Origin: Entomortierella parvispora E1425
Lineage: Eukaryota > Fungi > Mortierellomycota
DNA length: 64,000 nt
Reading direction: 5' to 3'
NCBI GenBank assembly: GCA_020891255.1
Contig: BQFW01000001.1
Coordinates: forward strand, 1,054,001 to 1,118,000
Shown: positions 1 to 10,813 of the stretch, one piece after another
Numbering within the stretch: the stretch's first letter is position 1
How the letters are laid out: every line of letters starts with the position of its first letter
Notes under the pieces: generated by a model
Database searches by the model: none
What the model saw: the letters and a program-made list of their open reading frames with translations, nothing else
What the model was told of the DNA's origin: nothing
Translations under genes and position numbers: made by a program

Positions 1-544
1 ATGAAGAGGCACCGCCCTCGACCCTTTGTGAAGAACTAGAAGAGGCGGCGGAGGCGACGTGAGCAGTGAAATAAAGGCCTGTCCTGTGAGTTCAAGCCCA
101 GCTCAGTAACCCAGTTAGCGGGACCCCAAATAGGGTCCTCACAGAGGTACCTCCAAGCGAGGGTGGAAGGGAGAGAAGGAGCACCAACACAAAGGACGAG
201 TAGCATGAAGGAGGAGAGGCGTGCCAAAGTAGCCAAGGGCCAAACGACAAAAGGTAGAGGAGAAGACGGTTGAAGTGACAAACACCTCATGGCGTCGACG
301 TGAAAACCTTGCACCTTTCTTCCTCTTGGACCTCTCTTTCCCCACCACACTTCACCTCCTCCCATCCACCAACGCACGTCCTTGTGTCACACTGGGCACC
401 CGTGCGACATTAAGAGCTGCAGGCACCCGCAGGATATCGAGACCAACCCCACAGCGGACTCATCTGACATCTGGGTTTGACATTGCTGCCACCATTTAGC
501 TTGGAATCACTCTTCATTCACACACCCTTGATTACCACTCGACC

Positions 545-2323
545 ATGGTTGCGCTTACTGGCGAGCTGGCGGAGACTGATAGTCTCTATTGCAACCCAAC
601 AGAGGATGGAGGCTCGACTAAGGGGAGTGCTCGGTCTGTTAAGTCTGTTCAATCCAGTACTTCTTCAGTCAAATCAGGCTCGAACGTGTCTACAAAGACC
701 AAATCGACCTCAAGGTCAAAGTCATCGACTACATCCTCGATCCCTAAAACAGCCGCTTGGAAGGCAGCAGTCGATCCCCTGGGCATGTCATCAAAAGCAG
801 TCGGACCGGGTTTCATGCCCATGTTTAGCACCAGTCTTTATAGTCCTGGATTCCAGGTTGCTAGCTCCAATGGGGGTGGCCCCAAAGCATTTCAATCCAA
901 GCAGCTAAGATTTGTAGAGAAAAAGAAGGCAACAGATGGGACAAAATCCTCGGCAGCTTCTACAAAATCAGGAAAGTCTGGCTTATCAACAAAATCTGGC
1001 CAGTCAGCAAAGTCGACCAAAACCATGAATTCTGAAAAATCGACGAAATCTGCGGATTCCTCAAGCACCAGCTCTTCCACGAAATCCAGTTTCTTTTCGG
1101 CCTTGAAAGAGACACTGCAAGGGCCCACACAACTTGAGCAGGACGACAACGCTGTTGAAGCTGGAGGAGATACCAAGTCGACTGTGAATGCCTCCGAGTC
1201 AATGTCTCCGGCAGGCACGGATCAAGCCACTGTCGAATCTGCATTCCCTTTAGCACCGACGTCAGTACCAGTGGCGAGAGCGGCCGTAGCTTCATCTGCC
1301 CGGCCAATTGCCAAAGAGTTAGTGCCTCCTATAAGCACTGAAAGTATAACTGGAGCGAGGAAACCGTCTTGGACACCGCCGCCATCAATAGTGCCATCCT
1401 CCCGAGACCCTAAATCTCTCACCAGTTCTGCCAAGGAGTTATTCAGGAAGCGGATAGTCACCTGGGAATACCTGAGTCGAGTTTTTAATGGGCATTTGGC
1501 CTATTACAACACCATCGTGCTGTCGGAGGCTGACCTGCGGAAACACTTTTCACCCGAAGTTGTTCTGAGAAGAACACTGCCTTTATTTTTGCTGGGCAAT
1601 TCAATCGCACAGCTACTGGATATCCCACACATACCCGACTTCATGAAGGCTTTCTCCGTAGTCCTCGGTGAATTCGAACACTTTGTAGCGTCGTCTGGGT
1701 CAAGGTCTAAAATGGTACATATGCAACCTTCACAACGGTATATTGTGCAACTAGCTTGCTAACCACATGTCTTTGACACGCAACTAGAATTTTTTTGGAC
1801 GCAGAGTTTCAGACGGCAGATCTTTTGAAGAGTCGGGAGAGTATACATACCTTGAGGTCAAATCAGTGGTATGAAATTAGGTCTAATTCTACAACGTTAT
1901 ATGCTACCATGCTTCAGAACACTAACCAGGCTGTGTTTATTTTGCCAAATTTACACTGAAGCCGTTCGATATGGACTATACCATCGTTTTCACAACATTA
2001 TGTGAAGTAATTGCAGAAGCTTATAGCAAGTTTGATACCCAAGATCCGTCGACTTCGTTGACTGTTGTGGATCATGACCATTTTCACAAAATTGAAAATC
2101 GACTCAAGGTACAGATGGTTATCTGCCAAATGGTAGTGACGTTGCTAACGTGCAATAGTCATTAACCTTCCTTTGTTCACCTCCCTAGAAATTATCTCAA
2201 GGGGCATTTAAGGATCTTGACAGTTTATCGCGTGAAGTAATGCAGGAAGAGCTGAACCTGATTGATCCTATTGGAAGCATTTCTGGTGATTGGGACCAGC
2301 AGGCCCTTGCTCTTGGGTTTTGA
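545..2323 (+). CDS. Conserved fungal protein of unknown function: long S/K/T-rich N-terminus plus a conserved-looking helical C-terminal domain (4 exons)
   Basis: ORF from ATG 545. Manual splicing: 545-1714 (..KM|gtacat), 1788-~1868 (NFFGRRVSDGRSFEESGEYTYLEVKSV|gtatga), ~1962-2108 (PFDMDYTIVFTTLCEVIAEAYSKF..KIENRLK|gtacag), ~2189-2323 (KLSQGAFKDLDSL..ALGF*). The frame stays open across the junctions. Confidence 0.75.
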
Positions 2324-2490
2324 GCAACTTTAATACTCGTATTATGCTAGTATTTCATAAAGCACCATCATCCATATCATCCTAAGCCCGAATGATTCTA
2401 TACATAAAGCAGACGAGAATATCAGAATACTGACTATCAAAAAAAAAAAGAAAAAGTTGTATGACCACTGAATTCTCACTGAATTTTCAC

Positions 2491-4275
2491 TTACTGAGCA
2501 TCGATTTGCTTGATCTGAGGAAGCATGATCTTCATCTTGAGGCGATACGTCGTGAAGTTGTTAGTCTGCAGTGGATTCGCTTCTGCGTAGACTGTTTCCA
2601 AGTTCGGACAATTGTCTTTCAGTTCGCTCTCGAAATCTTCAAACGAATCAAGTTGATTGCCGCTTGCCTTTTAGAGTAAAAGAGCACATAGAAATGTAAG
2701 GTGCTGGTCAATCCGATCGGAAGACAGTGAATACAAGCGTGACTTACCCATAACTCTACGAGGTTCCTCAAATGACCCAAGTTCTCAAGTTTTGCAATCC
2801 TATTGCTGCTTATATCTACAGTCGTCAATTTCAACTAGAGTGCAGAGAGCAATGGAATAATGGGTTTAGGCTGTGTCTTCATATGAGACAAAGATAGTCA
2901 AAGCAGAGAGGTTAGCTCCGACTTTATGACCTACATTGTGCTCCAGGCCACTGATGTGGGTGATACCATTGTGGCTGACATAGACCTCTTCCAGATTTTC
3001 TAGTTCCTCCAGGCCTTCTATAGCGGTCAAGCGGTTCGATTGAATGCTGAGAATCTTGAGCCTCTTTAGCTTGGATAGATTCTAAGGAGGAAGCATAGCA
3101 ATGGTTAGATGAGAGCAAAGGTACGGGCAAACAAAAATAATATCCGATCAAAGCGTTGGGTTGTAATTACCGCAAGCTTGGTGATTTTGTTTTTCCCCAG
3201 CCAAAGTTGTTCCAGGTTAACCAATGCATCCAAGTTCTCGATGACCTGTACGTTTTTACGAGAAATAGAGGGACGTCAGCACACAGTATTTTCACCCCGA
3301 AGAGAATATACATCAAAATTGCCAACTGAGCCGCGGATATTACTCTGATGCGGTTAGATCCCAGCTCCAAGTTTGTGATGTTAATAAGAGTACTCAAATT
3401 TTCGATCACCGTAATCTTGTTGCTGACGAAGTACAGATCTGTCAATTTGATGAGGTGGTCAATGTCCCTGATGTGTCGGATTCCATTGAAGCTGAGGTCC
3501 AATGATCTATATGCAGCAGAGTCTCTGTGTTAGTCAGTTTTTCAACTTGTGAGGAGCACAAACGCATGATACAGGCGGTTATTACGTCAACTCCGTCAAA
3601 TTATCAAGTCCTTCGATTTTGCTGAATCGGTTATCGTATAGATCCAGCTCTTTTAGTGTGACAAGACTCTCTAAACCTCTAATCTTGGGGATGAGATTCT
3701 GTCGAAACGACAGTCGCTGTAGGGTAAAATACGCAATGTTGTTAGAATCATCATACGGAGTCGCGTTCTTAGAAGAGCATGAAGTACGCGTTGTTTTTTC
3801 ACCTGCAAATTCTTGAACCTCTCCAAGTGCAGCTCAGGGACATTGTCGATCCGAAGATGGGTGAGCTCAAGTTCCTAAGAATCGTTTTAATTCCACGGTC
3901 AGATCCATGCCTCAGTCTGTTGCACGTCGTTTCAATAGTATGCAGTACCTCAGTATCATCGGGAAAGACTTGCAAAAAATCTAGGTGATGACATAATGGA
4001 GAGTATAGAGATTGAGAATGATGGAATTCACAGGGGTCAAAGGCAGGCTCGCACATGCAGACAGGAGTCAACACGTTGGACGCAATGTCAATACCCGAGT
4101 CTGGTGCCTTGGGCTCTTCTCCAGGAATGCCACGTTGAACGACGCCATTGTCCTCTGCGCTCTCGTCTCCAGAGTCTATAGTCTGATCCGGAGGGTTGCT
4201 GGGGTCGTTGTCTCTTGCTTCACGGAAGAGTCTGTTCTGCTCCTCAGGGTCCAATTGGACTCGTCGTTCTGCCAT
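2491..4275 (-). CDS. SDS22: Protein phosphatase 1 regulatory subunit Sds22/PPP1R7 (leucine-rich repeat), multi-exon
   Basis: SDS22-type LRRs (LDLSFNGIRHI, LYFVSNKITVIENL, LELGSNRIR, LWLGKNKI, VDISSNRIAKLENLGHLRNLVELW) and the C-terminal cap VYAEANPLQ..YRLKMKIMLPQIKQIDA. The exact 3' end is uncertain because the TAA at 2491-2493 overlaps a GTAAGT donor. Confidence 0.9.
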
Positions 4276-4368
4276 TGTCGGTGTGTTTGTTAATGACAGA
4301 AAAAGAATGAAGAGAACAAGAGCGCCCTTGCACTCTTCTCTTCTCCTTGAGTTCGTGCTGCGATTTTA

Positions 4369-4377
4369 ATCACGTGA
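4369..4377. promoter_or_regulatory. ATCACGTGA E-box (Cbf1/bHLH-type) in the SDS22/MYG1 bidirectional promoter
   Basis: About 95 bp from the SDS22 ATG and about 140 bp from the MYG1 ATG. Confidence 0.45.
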
Positions 4378-4516
4378 CTGTTGTCTCGCTCTCTCTGCCA
4401 GCAGGACGACATTTCGGAAAAAAAACCTTCTTGATTTCGCAGACATGTTTGCATTTGTCCGGCGCACGATCCAGTCTTCTTCGCATCCTCTCTTTCTCCA
4501 CGCTCAACGACGCACC

Positions 4517-5750
4517 ATGTCCAAAGTATGCCCGAGAGCGTATTATAATGAAAGAGCCAACTTGCTGTATTTTCTCCTAAGAATCGGAAAGATTGCATTC
4601 TAATCAGTCGCTTTGTCGTTTGTGTTGTCATAGATCATCGGCACCCACAACGGTCACTTTCACTGCGACGAGGCTCTTGCCGTCCACATGCTCTACCAGA
4701 CCAAGCAGTTCAAGGGCGCTGGTAAGGATCGATCTAACACGTGCTTCACGCTCGCCGTTGTTACAGTTAATAATTATAAGCCATTTTTTTGGCTGCTCTT
4801 TAGAATTGATCCGCACGCGCGACCCTGCCAAGTTGGAGACCTGCGATATCGTTGTTGACGTCGGGGGGGTTTATGATCCCAACACTCACCGTTATGACCA
4901 TCATCAGCGTGGATTCGCCGAGGTCTTTGGAGGAAAATTTGTCACTAAGTTGAGCAGTGCTGGACTCGTCTACAAGTAATGCATTAACAAAGTGGGTCAC
5001 AATTCGGATGCACATATGGGAAACACCGGACTGATTCATGTTATCTTTCTTAGGCACTTTGGAAAGGAGATTATCGCATCGATTCTTGCTCTTGAAGAGA
5101 CCGACCCCAAGGTCGAGTTATTGTACACCAAGGTCTATGAGAACTTCATCGAGGCTTTGGACGGTGGCGACAATGGTATCTCCCAGTACCCTCCCGAGAT
5201 CAAGCCCAAGTACCGTGTCAGCACTGCATTGCCTCAGCGCGTTGCTGGGTTGAACCCCTGGTGGAACCAGAAAGATGTTGATGTTGATGGTCAATTCATG
5301 AAGGCTGTTGCTATGACCGGTCAGGACTTTACAGAGTCGATCCGTTTCCTTGGCCTTTCTTGGTTGCCTGCTCGCGATCTGGTTGTTAAAGCTTTGGACA
5401 GCCGCATGGATATTCACCCCTCTGGCAAGATTTTGGTCTTTGATCAGTCCTGTCCTTGGAAGGAGCACCTCTTCAACTTGGAGGAGGAGCAGTGCATTGA
5501 AGATAAGGCTGTCTATGTGCTGTACCCTGACGAGAGCAACAACTGGCGTGTTCAGTGCGTTCCTCCTTCGCCCGAGAGCTTTGAGTGCCGTAAGGCCATG
5601 CCTCAAGAATGGAGAGGCTTTAGAGATGAGGAGTTGAGCGAACGCAGCGGCATCCCTGGGGGTATCTTTGTCCATATGGGCGGATTTATCGGAGGCAACA
5701 AGACTCGCGAAGGTGCCTTGGCCATGGCTGTGAAGGCCCTGGAGATGTAA
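4517..5750 (+). CDS. MYG1: MYG1 family 3'-5' exonuclease (4 exons, 9-nt first coding exon)
   Basis: Exons 4517-4525 (MSK|gtatgc), 4634-4721 (IIGTHNGHFHCDEALA), 4804-4975 (RTRDP..DVGGVYDP..YDHHQRGF..KLSSAGLVYK), 5054-5750 (HFG..F(V/C)HMGGFIGGN). These are hallmark MYG1 motifs. Confidence 0.95.
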
Positions 5751-5784
5751 ATAAATTTTCTTCAATATTTTACATGTTTATTTC

Positions 5785-6951
5785 TCAAGCCAACTTTCGT
5801 TTCAATAGCACTTCGCCAGCAGATCGTATCCTTCCAAACGAGTGCTGGTTCCATTGATGTACTGATGCGCTGCTCTCCAGTCCAGCTTTGTAAACTGTAT
5901 AGGATAACATGACAAATGTTGGTTAACAAGTGGACATTTCTGCTAGAAGTTGAAAATCATATCGTTGATGGGTCAATTGACTTACGCTCTCGCTCAGTTT
6001 CATCAAGGCGTTGGAGGTATTCAGTTGTATTGCTCATTCCGCCAGATTGCGTGTGGTCCATGGTTGTTTGTAGACGATCCTTGAAAGCCTAAGCATTGAT
6101 GAAAGGGTGGTTAGATCCGAAGCGATGGGGGACCTCCTGCACATATCCTACGGGGGAGTTTCTAGCATGCTTGCCTTTTCCAGGACTTCTCCAAGTTTTG
6201 GATCCTCGATGCTGTTTGGTTTAATAAATTGTTGTTAGTATTATTCTTTCAAAAAAAAATTGAATAAAATAAAACTTACATCTGTAAAAAGTGTGCTCCA
6301 AAACGGAAAAAGTGCGGGCATAATTTTGGGAGGTCTACCACTGTTGCCTCTGCTCTCAATCCATTCCTGACCTTGGTCCCATAGAAGTCTGGCGTCTCAA
6401 TTTCCATCTCTACAGATCCCTGTGGACTAACAATATTCACAGATCAAGATACAGAGTTGAGCGAGGCAGAACATTGTCAGAAGGCGATCATCCTCTTTGT
6501 GGACTTTTTGAACAATGAGGTGAACGATATGTCCATTTAACAAAGTGTAACATTACTGTCCGATGAGCTCCCGTGCCAGCCAAAAGGGTATGTCAATCCT
6601 AGATCCTGCTTTCAACTATGAGGGCAAATCAAAGTAAGGTATTGTTAGAGCCTGTTACTATGGTATCATCTCCAGTGCTACAAGATTGGCGATTACAGCA
6701 AACCCCTTACAACATCGTCCTGACCGCCTTCCAACCATGCCAGCCCTGGAATGCTTCTATGAAAGACACACTTGATATTCTGAGAAGAATAGCACCATGG
6801 CATCGAGGCAACAAAAATTTAGATGCATGATTAGTGAATGCATGTAATTGACGAATTCAATGAGTAGTTTCGTCTTCATGTGTCATGTGTCATCTTGAGC
6901 TCGTACTTGGTCCTCCGCTAGGATGGAGTCAATGTCGTAGTAATCTTCCAT
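5785..6951 (-). CDS. PSF3: GINS complex subunit Psf3, many short exons, not in ORF track
   Basis: Exon 1 6951-6907 MEDYYDIDSILAEDQ|gtacga; exon 2 6779-6711 NIKCVFHRSIPGLAWLEGGQDDV|gtaagg. Later exons read LKAGSRIDIPFWLARELIG and TPDFYGTKVRNGLRAEATVVDLPKLCPHFFRFG; the last exon reads YKAGLESSASVHQWNQH..KRKLA* (TGA 5785-5787). This matches the Psf3 pattern YYDID.IL / LPxWLA / VxNAL.A...VDL....HF(Y/F). Confidence 0.88.
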
Positions 6952-7003
6952 GGATGTCGCGGCAATGAAGAGAGAAGCGTGAAAGAAATCAACACAAATA
7001 AGA

Positions 7004-7009
7004 ACGCGT
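7004..7009. promoter_or_regulatory. MCB-like element ACGCGT about 55 bp upstream of the PSF3 ATG
   Basis: Sequence agaACGCGTtt. The MluI cell-cycle box is the established MBF site in yeast DNA-replication genes. This is a single 6-mer, so chance is possible. Confidence 0.35.
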
Positions 7010-7067
7010 TTGCGTCTGAAAGTGACTTGCATTGTTTTTATTCGATTTTCTGTTCGGCGAAGAGAAT

Positions 7068-8099
7068 TTACAGCAATCCAAGCGCTTCCTTAAGACTTTG
7101 GAGGTGAATCTGGACCGGAACATCGGCGCCGTTCAGCTTCATACGGACGGTCCTGTAAGGTTCCCGTTCCAGTGCTTCTTCATTTCGTCGTTTTTCTTGG
7201 AGGGTACGGGCCATTGCGTCCAGCTGCTTGGCCTCCCTGAATAGATCTGTTTGAGGCAAAACAAGGATCTCGGTCGGTGAGGGGAACGAGGGAAGACTGG
7301 CCAAATAGCGAGCAAAGTGGGATTCAGTGATGGCCCCCATTGGGTCCAATCGTTTTTGGCTGACGGCGTCAGCGATCAAGGCATGCGCTTCATCCAAACG
7401 AGCCTTAGAAGGCTCTGGAGTGGGAGGTATAGCGCTGGGGGTAGCGTCACCAGTAGTACCGTTTGCAATCTTGCGAGCGGTGGGCAATGCCGCGACCACT
7501 TTCTTACCAGCTGTGGCAGGTGGGCTGGCCTGGGTCTTCGCGGGCACGGCAGAGGCAGACGCAGCAGAGGACGAGGACGAGGACGCCTCATTTGAGATGG
7601 CAGCAAGAGCGGCCAAAGTTGTGATAGGGGTCTTGACCTTCCTCAACTCAGCATTGGCAGATACAAGGTAGATAAAGAGATGAACACATACAGGGTCGCG
7701 AAGCATTTCCTTGGAGACTCGCTTGTACGATACTCTCCAGGCCTTCTCCATCCTGGGACGATAGTTCTCCTCAGACATCTCCCTGTACTTCTTCTGAGGG
7801 GTGGTATGGGCGGGCTGGAGGTACGGGCGCGCATCTTCGGGCCAGTCGCGTCCAGGAACTTCAGGGAGGTGGGTACGGATAAGGTGAATAAGGTGATCAA
7901 ACGATTCTTCCTTGATATTATATTGAAACGGAGCAGGGTTGGGCAGGTCCTTGGTAGAGCGGCAGCGGACTAGGGGTTGACCCTTACGCAAATGGAGCTG
8001 GATCAGGATAACAGGGGGGACGTCGATGGATTCATCGTGGTCCTCGTTCTCGTGATGGGATCCAGAGTGGGAAGACGCGGGCGAGGCAGGGGATTCCAT
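7068..8099 (-). CDS. Intronless protein of unknown function (two structured-looking blocks joined by an A/S/T/P linker)
   Basis: Long uninterrupted ORF; the first true ATG is at 8099 (MESPASP). The track start at 8171 is a non-ATG extension in a pyrimidine-rich leader. Confidence 0.75.
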   Translation of the reverse strand: MESPASPASSHSGSHHENEDHDESIDVPPVILIQLHLRKGQPLVRCRSTKDLPNPAPFQYNIKEESFDHLIHLIRTHLPEVPGRDWPEDARPYLQPAHTTPQKKYREMSEENYRPRMEKAWRVSYKRVSKEMLRDPVCVHLFIYLVSANAELRKVKTPITTLAALAAISNEASSSSSSAASASAVPAKTQASPPATAGKKVVAALPTARKIANGTTGDATPSAIPPTPEPSKARLDEAHALIADAVSQKRLDPMGAITESHFARYLASLPSFPSPTEILVLPQTDLFREAKQLDAMARTLQEKRRNEEALEREPYRTVRMKLNGADVPVQIHLQSLKEALGLL

Positions 8100-8353
8100 G
8101 GTTGTTGTTGACAGAGTAGGACAGGAGTGGGAGCTGGAGGGTGATAGGATGGGTGGGGATAAAGTAAGCAAGAAAAGGAGAAAAGAAGGAAAATAATAAA
8201 AAAAGGCGGAAAAAGAAAAAGGACGGGGCCGGGAGAAATCAGAGAAAATCTTTTCTTTCTTTTCCGTGTGAAAAGTTGGGGTTGATCCAACTAAAATATA
8301 TTTTCATCACATGCCCAATAGGAGTCAGGCTATTTTTTATTTTTGATTATTGA

Positions 8354-10657
8354 TTATTCGCAGTGGTCAGATATCACTCGCTGTCGTTCCTCGAAGAAGG
8401 ACGCCAATTGGGGCCACTCCAGCGACCACTTCTGGCCTGTCTTGCGCTGCTGCACCTCAACCTTGCCTGTGCGCAGGAATCCCTTGCCCACCACAATCAT
8501 CCATGGGTATCCAATCAGTTCGGCATCTTTCATCTTGAAGCCCAGCGTCGTTTCGCTCCTGTCATCCAGAATCACTTCCGACGATCGGGCTGCACACGAC
8601 GGAGACCGCATCGCCTTTTGCACAACATCGTACACATTCTCGGCCACCTTGGCACACTCCTCGTCCTCAGATGTCACAATCACTGCCCTAAACGGGGCTA
8701 CCTCTTCTGGCCAGATGATACCCTTGTGGTCGTGCGAGGCTTCAATAATAGACGCCAATAGTCTGGTGATACCAAGGCCGTAGCATCCCATTTGGATAGG
8801 CTCCCAGTCTTGATTTGATTCTGAGTAGAACACAGCATTCAGGGGCTTGGAGTACTTTGTGCCAAGTAAGAACGTATGTCCAATCTCGATGGCCCTTGTC
8901 ATTTCCAGAGGTTCAAACTTGCTCTCTGTCCCCTCCAAGCCCTTGCTCTTGAAGCACTGTGGACAACCATCGCCGGGCAAGCAGTTGTGATAGTCACCAT
9001 AGGTGACTCGGAGTTTCTGAAGGGATCCACTTACGACCGACAAAAGGCTCTCGGGAATTTCACCTCCCTTCGAAAAATCGACAACATCCTTGGGTCTTGC
9101 CGCGGGTTGGCCTGGGTATAAAGACTGATCTACACATACCAACATGTCATCCACACGCTCTTGCTCCCCAAGCAACGACTTGATCTCGTCAAGCGAGTCC
9201 ACCAGCTGAACTGCCCCAATTGCCTTCGATAGCTTGATCACATTGACAGATCGTTCTCCCGAAGTTGCTACGGCAACCAACGTTGTTTTCTCTTCGTTTT
9301 CCTGAGAAGACTCTTTAAGGATTCCAAACTGAAACTTTGGATTAATACGGATAGATGATCGCGGAACAATGTCGAGAGACTCAATCCACTTTGGCACTGA
9401 GGTTGAGTTACGAAACTTCGTGGCGGTCTTGGTTGGCGTCAATGGTATCACACCGACAGCGCGCTCCTCGTTTGAAGTATATCCACATGATGCACACGAT
9501 AGTAAAGAGTCTTCACCGACTAATGTCACAGAGATGAAGTTGATTGAGGTGAGTCCCTCAAACACAACGAAGCATTACGAATCACCTCACTTTGCGTTCT
9601 GAAAATGTGGCCTTACCTCTTGAAAGAATATGGAACTCGTGTGAGTGTGTGCCTCCAATGTTGCCTGTGTCAGCTTCCGCCTAATGGATGAAAGACAAAT
9701 TCAATAGGATAGCTTAGATTTTTTTTGAAGCGCTCAGAACGATCTTAATTTAACGGACTTACAACAGCGTAGGGCACACCAAGACGTTTCATGATCTTCC
9801 TGTACGCTAAAACAACTTGGTCGTATGTTTTGAGGGCCTCTTCTTCCGAGACATCAAACGTGTAAAGATCTTTCATCAGGAACTCCTTGCCCCTCAAAAG
9901 GCCGCTTCGTGCCCTCAGTTCATCTCGAAATTTTCGCCCGACTTGATATACACGAAGCGGTAGCTGACGATAACTCTGGACCTCCTTGGCAATCAAAGCT
10001 GTAACTTCCTCTTCATGAGTTGGGGCCAGCAAAAAGTCTGCGCCTTTCCGATCCTTGAGCTTGAACATCTCCTGACCTGTGCTATCCCACCTCCCTGTCT
10101 TTTTCCAGTTATCTGATGTCAGCAAGTTGGGTAATGAGAGCTTTTGACAGTCGATCAGTTCTAATTCCTCGTCAATAATTCTCTCAATCTTGTCGAGAAC
10201 TCTTTGGCCATAAGGAAGAATAGAGTAAATCCCCGAGGAAGACTAGAGACATTTTTTCCCATCGTTAGATTGCATTATCAACAGTTAGCCACCTGTCGCA
10301 AGCCATCAGAATAATTTTGTACCTGACGCATCATTCCTGCCCGGAGCAAAAATTGTTGACTTGGTACCATCTCTTGTCCAACAACATGAACAAATTTCTG
10401 TTTGGATGTTGGCACGAGCATTTTGGAAACCCTATGGCGAAACTAGTGAAGAGGGCTGTTAGCAAAAAACACTTCATTTTAAACCAACTTCGCGTCACAA
10501 GCAGGCAAGTGTAACTCACTGTCGAGGCATATCTGGAATTGCCAGCACTTCTGAAAAAACCAGCAGACACAGGGGCTCTCAAGAGGGACGGAGAATTGCC
10601 GCTGCAGCTCAAGCTATGAGCTGGCTTGAGTGTTACTCTTGCATGAACGAAGGCCAT
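8354..10657 (-). CDS. PARS2: Mitochondrial (bacterial-type) prolyl-tRNA synthetase, multi-exon
   Basis: N-terminal MAFVHARVTLKPAH.. targeting-like leader (ATG 10657). Motifs: FLLRAGMMRQ, SSSGIYSILP, W..TGRW, APTHEE, LPLRVYQVGRKFRDELRARSGLLRGKEFLMKDLYTFD, GGTHSHEFH, IEIGHTFLLGTKYS, MGCYGLGITR, and an anticodon-binding domain (LDDR..GFKMKDAELIGYP). Confidence 0.95.
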
Positions 10658-10813
10658 GGTGACGAATAGTGAATGTAAACCCGAAAGGATCTCGGAGACC
10701 AAAAGACGGCAAAGAAAGAAACATAATGGAGCAGTCACGCAAACTTTCAGTTTCGTCCCACATGCTGGCTTCCATGCGATTCCCTCTTTCCTTCCTTTTC
10801 AAAATACAAACCA

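Noticed and set aside
5118-5765. Antisense 215-aa ORF over MYG1, and similar shadows over TMA46, ABCA and FAT1
   Set aside because: Same codon-bias artefact; no independent evidence.
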